Source: Macrostomum lignano (lineage: Eukaryota). Taken from it: a stretch of 64,000 nt of DNA. The stretch is taken from NCBI GenBank assembly GCA_002269645.1, contig NIVC01001770.1:158777-222776 (forward strand), read 5' to 3'. Of the stretch, positions 49,229 through 60,905 are shown piece by piece; within the stretch, counting starts at the first letter, position 1, and every line of letters starts with the position of its first letter. The notes beneath the pieces were generated by a model. The model had not been told where the DNA came from, searched no databases, and worked only from the letters and a program-made list of their open reading frames with translations. The position numbers and the translations under genes are program-made.

Positions 49229-51534
49229 AAAATTGACGCAGCCAAGGTCCCTTGCAGGCAGCGTATGGAGGCGATCTCAGCTTGGATGGCTTCATTCTCA
49301 GTCAGGCTGCGAAAAGCAATGGTTACACAGCATTGAATATCACAAAAAGGTTACCATTTTAACTGATTCCTGTCTGGCACTCAACGCTCTGATCTCACGG
49401 CTATGCTATAGATGCCGTAAATCAATTCTGTAAATTAATATATCTTTCATTCATTGCATTAGATTCAAGCGTTGGGCACAGGAGCTATAGCCCGGGTTGA
49501 AACAGCCCATAAGTAGATTTACACACACAAATGTAGAGCATTGTAGAAACATCTTCCGCCAAGACCAAGCTGTCACTTTTTTAACAGCAGAACTGCCAAG
49601 GGGAAGTAGGAAATCCCCCCTCCGACAATTTTTTTGCTGTGTCGGAACGGAGCAACGCAGGCACACGAAAGTTCAAGAACACGGGCTAACCTATTGTTGC
49701 GCACCTTCTCAAAAGAAAGATCAAGTCGCCCGTCCTCCGGACCGTCGAGATATTCTACGATTCTGCCAGGTCGGATTTTTTCCATAAGCGCTAGTGCATA
49801 TCTGCAAGGCATATCAGCTCCAACTTCGTTAGTTACTGCCTTCACCCAGGCGTAGCTTCTGGACTTCAACAGGTGGCCACCAAGTGACTATGGACACGCT
49901 GCTGCAAATTTATCGAGTTCCGATGCATGTTCAAGCCTCCATAGTGGGCAAATCACAACTGACTTCCCCAGTAAATTCCACCCACGCCCCCTGGTAAGTT
50001 CGACGTGCGGAAAATGGCTTTTTTGGTCTTCCTACTGTTCAGGAAACTTCTGCATTGCCGAAACCTCGCAACGCTTGTGCAATACGTTTGAAGCAGAGTA
50101 TAGAATGGCCTAGACTGAGCGCGTGCGCGTGCAAGAAAATTTGCTCCGCAATTGGGAAAACAATGGCAATAAGTTGATTGACTGGCTTGCCTGCCTAATT
50201 CAGCTCCCGTAGGCTGTAACAATGCATGTGTAGTTTAGCATCGCACGCGACGATGGCTCCACGTGAACTTCCGACGAACACCAAATTAGGCAAATTTCCC
50301 TATTGATTATTAGGAAAATGACGTCTATTGTTATTGTTCTATTACTGTTATAAATTACTGGCAACAGGTGATACATATAATCCGCATATTTCACCAGCTA
50401 ATAAATCTATTTATCTATTCAGTTGATAAGCTCGTGATCCCTCTGACATGTAATAATGAGTTTACAACTATTTTATTCAGCTAAAAACCCTTCTAACCAA
50501 CTAGGTGAGTCATTTTCAACACTAACTAAAATCGATCAATCAAAATAACAAAATAACAAAGCCAGCTTCATACCCAGAAACAGAATATGAATCGTACTGC
50601 AGTGGAGACAAGCAGCACTAGTTTATTCTAGTCACGGAGAGAATTACAGCGATTAACAATGAATCGGAACTCAGTAGTATTTCATTACCGTCCATTATTC
50701 ATAGAAGACAGGCATCAATAAACACAATATAATTTAGTCAGGAAGGCTTTATTTATAAATAAGGTCCAATTCAAATATGTAAGGTCAAATCAGTTAAGAA
50801 TAGAGCCATTGTCAGCCATAAAAATAAAATTTCAATCACAAGTGTAGCAAAAGAGATTGGGAGTATTCAAGACAAATATTGGCTCGCAGAAGCAGCAATA
50901 TAGTGTGCTGAACTATCGATAAACAGTGCTGTTTTTTGTTCTTAAACAAATCAATCTGAATTAAACTAAGTAAGCACGTATGAAGAAATGAAATTTAAAA
51001 GTTGAGTAACAGACAAGTAACCTGAAGGCGAGAGTTAATAGAATTCGAATTATGTCGGTACAGTCGTACTTTTTATTACGTCTAAAATTAAGGTACAATA
51101 TGTACTTTCGTTTGTATGCTCACCCTAATATTTATTAAATTTATTTTAAAAAGAGACAAAAGATAGCTTGTACTACTTAAAATACTACCTACTTACTACT
51201 AACTAACCAGTGAATTGAAACTTGACAAAGCTAATTAAAAACTCTCAAGCAAAATGAAAGATACAAACAAGATGAGGGCAAGCAGGATTATTCATAGGCC
51301 TTAGTAACCGTTTATAACAAAAAACACCTTTGCAGGACAACAAAAATATAACGAGGAATCGAAATTAAGCAGCGACAAACAGGCCTGAATAAACAGTTGG
51401 AAATTCAAATTGATTAGATAATAGGTAATGCAGTTAGGAATGGTTGCTATAGAAATAGATTTAAGTTGGGCCATACTAATTTGATAATAGTTTTGTCCGT
51501 GTCCTAGTGTCTATGCGTTGTTGTTGTTAAGCAG

Positions 51535-52580
51535 TTGACCCACCAGCAAGTCCTAATGGGGAATTAGTGACCCACCGGCAGATCCTAAAGGTGGAATTAG
51601 TGACCCACCGGCAGATCCTGATGGGGAATTAGTGACCCACCGGCAGATCCTGATGGGGAATTAGTGACCCACCGGTAGATCCTAATTGAATTAGTGACCC
51701 ACCGGCAGATCCTGATGGGGAATTAGTGACCCACCGGCAGATCCTGATGGGGAATTAGTGACCCACCGGCAGATCCTGATGGGGAATTAGTGACCTACTG
51801 GCAGATCCTGATGGGGAATTAGTGACCCACCGGCAGATCCTGATGGGGAATTAGTGACCCACCGGTAGATCCTAATTGAATTAGTGACCCACCGGCAGAT
51901 CCTGATGGGGAATTAGTGACCCACCGGCAGATCCTGATGGGGAATTAGTGACCCACCGGCAGATTCTGATGGGGAATTAGTGACCCACCGGCAGATCCTG
52001 ATGGGGAATTAGTGACCTACTGGCAGATCCTGATGGGGAATTAGTGACCCACCGGCAGATCCTGATGGGGAATTAGTGACCCACCGGCAGATCCTGATGG
52101 GGAATTAGTGACCCACCGGCAGATCCTGATGGGGAATTAGTGACCCACCGGCAGATCCTGATGGGGAATTAGTGACCTACTGGCAGATCCTGATGGGGAA
52201 TTAGTGACCCACCGGCAGATCCTGATGGGGAATTAGTGACCCACCGGTAGATCCTAATTGAATTAGTGACCCACCGGCAGATCCTGATGGGGAATTAGTG
52301 ACCCACCGGCAGATCCTGATGGGGAATTAGTGACCCACCGGCAGATTCTGATGGGGAATTAGTGACCCACCGGCAGATCCTGATGGGGAATTAGTGACCT
52401 ACTGGCAGATCCTGATGGGGAATTAGTGACCCACCGGCAGATCCTGATGGGGAATTAGTGACCCACCGGCAGATCCTGATGGGGAATTAGTGACCCACCG
52501 GCAGATTCTGATGGGGAATTAGTGACTCACTAACAAATCCTAATGGGGGGGTCAGTGACCCACCGGCAGATCCTGATGGA
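51535..52580. repeat. 32-bp minisatellite (tgacccaccggcagatcctgatggggaattag)n with a 382-bp higher-order period
   Basis: Variant markers recur 382 bp apart. Confidence 0.93.
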
Positions 52581-52905
52581 TTTCTGAAGGAGCTGAGAAT
52601 GTTGGCATTGTTAAAGAATAGAAATGAACAAAGTTTAAAAAAATTCTTCTGTCTACAGGGTCCCACAACTGGACACAGAATTTATTGGACACAATAAATG
52701 TTTAGTATTGAGTTTGAGGCATTGATAAATCAATAATTAATAAATAACAGTAAAAACACGCACATAGACCACCAGCTAAGGCGATTCTATTAAGAGTCAG
52801 ACCAAAAATTAACTAGTGTGTGGAATTTAAAATAAAAGAACACAACGCAGCAGTGTATTGCCATTGGCAACAAAAGCGTCCCTAAGTCAACTGCCTATTG
52901 TTTCC

Positions 52906-55900
52906 TTAGCAACTGCAACCTCCGCCGGACGATTTCACAGGCTGCGTGCCGGGACTCACCTTGATGGTCGGCTTCTGCTGCTGGGTGTTTCCCACCGGAC
53001 CCATTCTAGACTTGATCTCCGCCGCCATCGACATGAAAGCCTGCTCAACGTTGGTTGAGTTCTTGGCGCTGGTCTCTAGGAACACAATTCCGAGTTTGTC
53101 AGCGTACTCTTTGGCTGTGGCAAAGTCCACCACCTGCGGATCGGATATTGTCAGATACGGATTTGTCTTATAATACTGTTAGTAGCATAATAAGCATTTT
53201 TACAGATGGGAGGATGTGGTGCTAGTAGAGATGACGATGGCAGGCTGAGGTGCTGTCAGAAATGAAGATGGAAGGCTGAGGTGCTGTCAGAAATGAAGAT
53301 GGGAGGCTGAGGTGCTGTCAGAAATGAAGATGGGAGGCTGGGGTGCTGTCAGAAATGAAGATGGAGGCTGAGGTGCTGTCAGAGATGATGACCGGAGGCT
53401 GAGGTGATCGCTCACCTTCTTAGCCGTCAGATCGCATTTGTTGCCAACAAGCAACTTGTTAACATTCTCGGAGGCGTAGCGGTCAATCTCCTGTAGCCAG
53501 TTCTTCACATTGTTGAAGGACTCTTGATCCGTGACGTCGTACACTACGATGATGCCGTGGGCGCCGCGGTAGTAGGAAGAGGTGATGGTGCGGAAGCGCT
53601 CTTGGCCAGCCGTGTCCCAAATCTTCAACGTTGACAAGGTGAGAAATTTAGTTGGGGAGTTACGCTTCCGATTAAGTAAAAGATAGACTTTTACAAACTA
53701 CACCAAGGCACCAAGGGCGCCAAGGCACCAAGGGCGCCAAGGCACCAAGGGCGCCAAGGCACCAAGGGCGCCAAGGCACCAGGGGCGCCAAGGCACCAGG
53801 GGCGCCAAGGCACCAGGGGCGCCAAGGCACCAGGGGCGCCAAGGCACCAGGGGCGCCAAGGCACCAGGGGCGCCAAGGCACCAGGGGCGCCAAGGCACCA
53901 GGGGCGCCAAGGCACCGGGGCGCCAAGGCACCAGGGGCGCCAAGGCACCAGGGGCGCCAAGAACACAAGAAACATGAGTAAAGTTACATAACAACCAACC
54001 TGCAACTTGATGGTCTTGCCATCCAATTCGATAGTACGGATCTTGAAGTCCACACCAATAGTGCTGATGTAACTCTCAGTGTAAGTGTCATCAGCAAAGC
54101 GCAACAACAAGCAGCTCTTGCCAACACCAGAATCGCCAATTAGAAGAAGTTTGAACAGGTAGTCACTAAAATTTGGAGAGAGATACTTTGTACATTGCTA
54201 GCTCATGTGCATAACTAAATTCATGCAAATCTATTCAAAAAAGGACTAAAGGGCTACTAAATTCCTTAAAATAACAAAATGGATCAATGTCTTGGCCTGT
54301 ATATAATTGGTGAGGATCATTATAAAAGTAAGAAAGGCTAACTTACTAATTAATGATGGTATAATTGATTATTATAATTATATGTGCAACTACTACTACT
54401 AAGGTTGTAGCCTAGTGGGGGTTGTAGCCTAGAGCATGAACTAAAAACTTGAAGGTTGAATGTTAATTCCTGATCCTACTAGAAAAATTTGTCTTTAAGC
54501 AAGGCACTTAACTCTACATTGCTTCAGTTAACTAAGTAGTAAAATGGGTATAGTATTAGCTAGGGTAATTGAAGGTATATGGCAACCCCCTGGTCCTCAG
54601 ATTAAATAGCCATATATAGCCTGCAGATGCACTATACAATAGCAGTGACTTAGCTGTCAGTTGCAAATATAGCCCAATTAGGGCAAGTATAATCTAAATA
54701 TACTAAATTAAATACTAAACATATTACTATTATGAGAAATAAAAGCAATATAAAAATAGCTTAGCTAAATTAGCTAATACATTCAAACTAGAATCTTGAT
54801 ATATATTACACATGATATAGAAACGTGGTCATATCCTAAAAGGTATATTGGTAGAAAAGATTTATTTCATATATTTGAGCAACCAAAACAATAAAAGAAT
54901 TATAGAGTCATTATTTTAGCTGCTCAGGCAGAACTCATTAAGCAAATTATCCTGCTAGAATTCTGTCATGCCTATATCCATAACACCCTGCCAAGAGGCA
55001 TGTACAACTGCTGCAGCAAGAAATTGCAGTTACAGATGTCACCTATACTGCAAGAACTGCCTGCTCAACTGCCATACCTTTAAATTGTTGCAGACTTAGA
55101 GGTTTTTCCACAACTCACATGTGAACATCTGCATTACTCTTGCTGTATTTGCCAGGTGGTTTCTGGCCTATCAAACAAGCAGTCTGGCAGTCTGGCACCC
55201 ATATATGCCTAAGAGCAGGCGGGGCAACCATAAACTGCCCTTACTGCCCCAAGGATGACCTGTAGAAACAACTTGAAGCCAGAGCAGAAACTCGGAGAAG
55301 CCCTGCACTAGGTGCCACTCACTTGTAGACAAAGGCCTGAGGCACAAGTGTAGCGTCTCAAGCACATTGCAGTATCTGTGCAAGCTTAGCCCTATATCAA
55401 AAGAGCATATCACTCATGACATGATGCGTGAAAAGCTAAGAGCAGCAGCAGCATCAGGACATAGATCAATGGCTTCTATTTCTAGCGCCACTGGTGGCCC
55501 ACCAATGCAGCTAAGGCATGCAAATGATTCAAATGAGCAGAGAGTGCTGAGGACCGAGACACTAGTAATGTTAAAGACCTCTCAATCTGAGTGACTGGCA
55601 AACAAACATGGCAGCCACAATCATCAGGCAGGCGGAGGGCAGTTGTAAGGCCGTGCAACCCAGACTGCACGCAGCTTTGGCAGCCACAAGCAGCATCACA
55701 GAGAGTTTTTTTGAGATGTGGCAGCTCAAATTCACTTAAAAGTCCTCAGGTGGTAGCTTTACTGATACCACAGGATGTTCTGTCATATGCCCCGATCTGC
55801 AAGGCCTGCTGAGCTTCATTTGCTCAAAGCGAGGTTTAGTGAGATCAATGTGAGATTGAAGCTGGGGATGGATGGAGGTGGTGGCTCACTAAAAATCTGC

Positions 55901-58045
55901 CTTAGTGTTGCCCCAATACTGCCTACCAAACCACAGACAGAGTCAACACCTAAGAAGCTAAGCAGGGAGTCACCAATAAGCAACTTTGGCATAAAAAAAC
56001 TGTTTATCATCACAATTGCTAAGGATGTCCAGGAGAACTATGCAAATGTGCAAGAACTTTTAGATGAGCTAGACTTGACATCAATTAAGTTTATAGTCGC
56101 TTGCAACTTCAAGCTAGCCAACATCCTATGTGGCTTTCAAAGTCATGCTGCTCATCCTGGTCTTTACTGTGAAGGGCAGGTGCCATGGCAAGTTGCTGGT
56201 TCCATAAGAACCCTTAAATCCATTTGTTGGATAGCCATAGCATTCGAGGCTGCTAGTAACAGATCTCGTGCCACCACCAGAGCTACACATCATGCTTGGT
56301 GTGACCAACAAACTGCTCAATCAGCTCAACTCAGCTTGGGGCAATGACAAGGCATACAAGTGGGTATATTCAGCTAGAATCTGTTGCAAGCAGTATCATG
56401 GCAGGTGTCTAGAAGGCTTTGCATATGTCAAATTGCTGCTAAAAGCTCAAGAGCTCAAGAGCAACTTGCTACCAAGGCTCTAGGGCTATGTGTCTGCTCT
56501 CATCATATTTGATGCTGTTCGCCAAGCATGTCTTAGGCAACAGCTAAAGAGCAACTTTTGCTAGAAGATTGGCAATGCTGAACTGAAGCTGGTGCCGACA
56601 CCAAGATGCACACCCTTTTCCACTATGTTCCAGAGTTGTGCAAGCAATTCAATTCAGGCCTTGGGACCTTTAGCAAGCAGGCAGTCGAGTCTGCACACAG
56701 TGACTTTTGTTTGACGTGGCAATGGTTTTGCAGGCCTTTGAGGCATGTGCAGTACGCAGAATGCCTGCTGCTTGCAGTTGTTAGCTACAATTCTAGCCAT
56801 ATTTGATGTTAAGCATTTTTATGCCTGCAAAGATTTCTAGGATTTAGCTTGTATACTTAATATCTATGTGCACTTTATTCTATACTGACATTAGCAATAA
56901 TAAGTGCATGATGTATAATATTAATACTAATATAGTTGCATGTTCCTCTAATGATAAATAATAATATTGTAACTATGAGCTATAATAACATTAATATTAT
57001 CAATGGGTTTGGCCTTAAATGCTTATCATATTATATATAATCTATAGTCTAGATCATGCTAGGTGCATGCCTGAACAAAAATTGGATAATTATAAATGCA
57101 TGCCAAAAATGTAATATATGCACATTCTTAAAAATAATCTAGTGTTGCAACAATAAATGACCTTTTTATGTTGTGGCAATAAATGACCTTTTTAAATTGC
57201 ATAATAGACCCTTATTAGCAGATAATTTGGTTGATTTTTATGCTTTTTTGGTGATACTATACTATTTATAGTAGAAAATTGGGTTATCTTCAAGTTTTGT
57301 TCGTTTAATTCCAACACCCACCCCCCACCACCCTTGAATAGAGGGCGAAAATAATTCCGGAAATAATTTAACGAACGAAACTTGAAGATTGCCGAAAATT
57401 GATACATACAAAGATTTGTTTAAATGCTTTTTTATGAGCTTGAGAAAACTGGAAAGCTTAAAATTTATGCTTATAAATAAACTTTTTTCATCTTTTTTTA
57501 CTTCACAGATAGATCTTACACATAATTCTATAAAGTGCATACCAGGTATACATGCATACTATTTTCTCAGGAGTGATAAATGCCAACTATGCATGCCTAA
57601 TTATGGTATGCAAGGCCAATGCATGCCTGAATGTTTGGGCATATACTACATGAACCTAAGTTTGGCATGTAATTTGCAATAAATATAAAATTCCTATTAC
57701 CATTTTTGACAAGGCAATTGCCAATTAGATTTGTCTAACACTGTTTTTGAAATCTGCATGGGTCTTTGGGGCTGGGAAAAGCATCAGTTTCTTTGGGAAG
57801 ACAAAGACAAAAACAAAGACATTTAGCAGACAAAATTACTGTACATTTTCAGATAAATGAGTGGCAGACAAACTGGCAACAGACAAAACGACCAATAAAC
57901 TTTAAAATGCATAGAGATAGTAATAATATAAAATAAAATTGAGAATGGAATGGCATATTCCTAGATTATAATATTATTATTAAAAAATCTGTTAATTTTA
58001 TAAAAAAATTAGAGTTCAGGCATAAACTTACTATTCTGGTGTCAT
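52906..58045 (-). CDS. RAB1: Rab1 small GTPase, 204 aa. Exons: 58045-58032, 54165-54000, 53622-53416, 53133-52906
   Basis: [83 protein letters not shown]...NKCD...ETSAK...GGGCSC; splice phases are compatible (615 nt). Confidence 0.96.
53235..53405. repeat. 30-31-bp repeat, about 5 copies, in Rab1 intron 3
   Basis: gaggctgaggtgctgtcagaaatgaagatgg unit. Confidence 0.85.
53700..53962. repeat. 18-bp GC-rich repeat (ccaaggcaccaggggcgc)n in Rab1 intron 2
   Basis: Read directly. Confidence 0.93.
55110..56806 (+). pseudogene. Decayed Chapaev/Transib-like (RAG1-related DDE) transposase in Rab1 intron 1, antisense
   Basis: Ordered motifs across frameshifts and stops: HxxxxCCIC and [16 protein letters not shown] (zinc-binding N-terminus), [62 protein letters not shown]...[13 protein letters not shown]. 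The family assignment rests on recalled motifs. No TIRs identified. Confidence 0.65.
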
Positions 58046-58069
58046 CTTATAAAAGTGGCTGGCTGTGCC

Positions 58070-58600
58070 TGCGAAGATGATGAATTATATGAAGAACTGC
58101 GGTAATAGGAAAGTCTGAGCTCCTACAACTTATAATATAAGTTGGAAAAATCTTTGTTGGGTAGGCCTCTGATCTTAAAAAATACTATACTAGCGATCAC
58201 ACAACAGCAGACCTAAAGGAACAGTGGCACTTAATACTATTATATTACAGAAGCTGAAGCCTAAAGGTAGGTAAGCTTTCTTGGAATTTATTATTCGTAG
58301 AGCAAGCGGGGTGCGAGTCGGTTTTACAAAGTATCCAATTTTTATAGTGATAAATAATTATTTTATAAAAAAGAAAATATTAGTCTGTATTCGGCATTAA
58401 TCTGTGTATAATTTTAACTATGCTGTTTTAACCAACTAAATTTTTCGGTGAGCGATATAATTACTGCGGTCTGCGCGTTGCCGCTGTTTGATGAGTCGCG
58501 AGGAGTAGGCCTAGTGTGTGTGTGTGTAGTGGTTGTTAGCAATTTCCATACTTTTTAGCTTTTTACCTGGTGAAGTTTATATTTTTTCTTAATTTCGCAA
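58070..58600. promoter_or_regulatory. CpG-retaining island at the Rab1 5' end; candidate (possibly bidirectional) promoter / 5' UTR region
   Basis: Many CpGs between two nearly CpG-free regions; minus-strand donor CCAG|GTAAAA at 58567 and acceptor at 58069 before the Rab1 ATG; eIF2B delta is transcribed divergently. Confidence 0.45.
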
Positions 58601-60905
58601 ATCCAGAGTATACCCTTGCATTTGTCAGTGTACTCCACTTAGGCAAGTTGAGACAAGGAAGTCTTAGAAGAAGTTAAATTAAGTTAACCAAAAATGACAA
58701 AAGCCAAAAACTAAGAAAGAAAGATGGAAGAAAAAGAAAAGAGCAACATAACAAAAGTAAAAATAATGAAGCAAAAGAAAAGCAAGTTGCAAAAAATGCA
58801 AATTAAGTTGCTTAAGCAATTAGGTAAGTTGCAACAAGAGCAGCTAAGTTGCAATAAAGATCAGGCAAATTGCAACAAGAGCAACTAAGTTGAAAAAAGG
58901 ATTAGATGAGTTGCAAAAGAACTGGCCTTTAGTTAACAGGCCCTTCTCTTACTTCAAATGAGAAGGAATAGAAGATTAGGGCCTAGAGATGAGCAAACAG
59001 GGAAGAGATAAGAGATGCAATAAGGGAAAAGATAGAAAAAAGAGAAAAACTATGTGAGGAAAGAGAGATAAGAGAGAAGAAAGGATAAAAAGGTTATGAG
59101 AGCAGAGATAAGAGATTTAAGGTTAGAGAGAGGAATAAGATGAAAATAAAGTGGAGAAAGAAGAGATAAAAGTGTAGAAAAGAGAAAGAAAAGATAGGGC
59201 CTGAGAAAAAAAAGAAAAGGAAAAAGAAAAGAAGATAGATGAAAAGATTGAGAAGAGGAGATAAGTTTTAAAGGCCTCAAATCTTAATTTATCATGTATT
59301 TATTCCTGTTTTTATTAGTTTTCTTTTCTAGACATTCGTGAATCATGAGTCATGACTTATGTAGCTAGTATACTCACTATATTATATTATATTAAGACAA
59401 TTTATAAATGACTTCATAGGCTGCCATCAGATGGCATACTGATAAGCTATTATAAAAACAGAAGTAGGCCCTAATCTGTATATAGTACTAATTAGATGGC
59501 AAAGAATTTAGCCTATAAAAATGGTTAAAGTTAGGCCTAGGCCTGACTTTTATCTAGATAATTATGTTTATTTGCTTAACTTTTTTTCATAAGTAAGTCA
59601 CATTTTTGGTTACAAAGTAGGCCAAGTTGCATAGGCCTAGCTAGTGTAAATTAAGGGGGGGGTTGCACATGTATGCTATTGTTAATATATTTATGATTTT
59701 ATAACTTAACTTTTTAAGGCTGTTTCTAATTTTTAGTTAATACCAAAGCCATATCAAGGCTCAATGGCTGATGACTCTGAAATTCAACTTAATGTTTAAT
59801 TCTTTAATTTTTATTAGTTATACTAGGCTTATAGAGCCATTTTCTATATCCAATTAAATTCTATCTAGTTATAGAGCTATGCTTATACAATAGAACTCCT
59901 TTATTCATTAGAATATTTATAAAGTCTTCAGATTAAAACTCTTTTAGAATAACTTTAAGTATAAATATTAGAATGAGACCTAATCTAACTCTAAAACCTA
60001 ATAAGGAATAAGCCTAAGTAAGTATCTCAAAGTGTAATTTTAATGACTTACCTTTTACTAGTAGCATTTTTATTTTAAATTATGTTTTCTAGAGTTCCAC
60101 CATAACTAATTTTTTGTAAATCAATACCTAAACTAATTTTTCCTATGGCCTATATCTGGACCATATCTATATCTCTAGCTATTTAGTTTCTCATAATAAG
60201 GACTTAAAAGCTCCTAGTGCATTGAAAATAAAAAATCATTTTAACTTTCCCCTTGCTATCCAAATTACACAATGTGTACATGGCATTGAAAATCTTGGTT
60301 GCTTGAATATCAAACCCTAGGGACTTAAAAGTTCCCCTTATAAAAGCTTTGAAACTGGCAAAATTCATTTCTCAATAGTTTTGATTTCAATTTTTTATTT
60401 TCTCTTTGTTTAGTTTCAATCTAAATACAAGTTTACTTATAGCTTAAAAATAATACCACTAAGGCATAGTAAAAAATAAGGAGATTCTTAATGATATTAT
60501 ATGATTTTTATATGCACCTAAACTTTATAAAGATCTATTAAAAACTATTAAAGACCTATTGCAATTAATTATGTAAATTTTACCAACCAACAACTACCTA
60601 AAAACCAAGTCATAGAAATTTAATAGTAGCACTTCAAGGGTAACAAGATCCAGTATTCCATATAGGAAAAATTAACAATCTAGATTGCATAATTATCTTG
60701 TTACTAGTCAAATAAAATAGAAATAAATTTGATATGTTTTTAAATGTCTTTTAAATTAATATTAAATGATCATGTGCTAGGTTTGTATACTCTTAGAAGT
60801 CTAGTCAACACATTTATATAACTTGTAGAAGTATATGAATTCTCTTAGCTATGAAAGTCATCAATGCATCTCAATCAACAATGATGTTCATGAGCTGAGT
60901 TAAAA

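Noticed and set aside
58598-58612. aatccagagta (NPEY) as the Rab1 first exon
   Set aside because: Wrong strand; ATG ACA CCA GAA TA|GTAAGT at 58045-58032 fits.
59000-59280. Purine-rich tract as a fourth hAT MITE
   Set aside because: No CAGGGGTCGGCAAAC-type TIRs were found.
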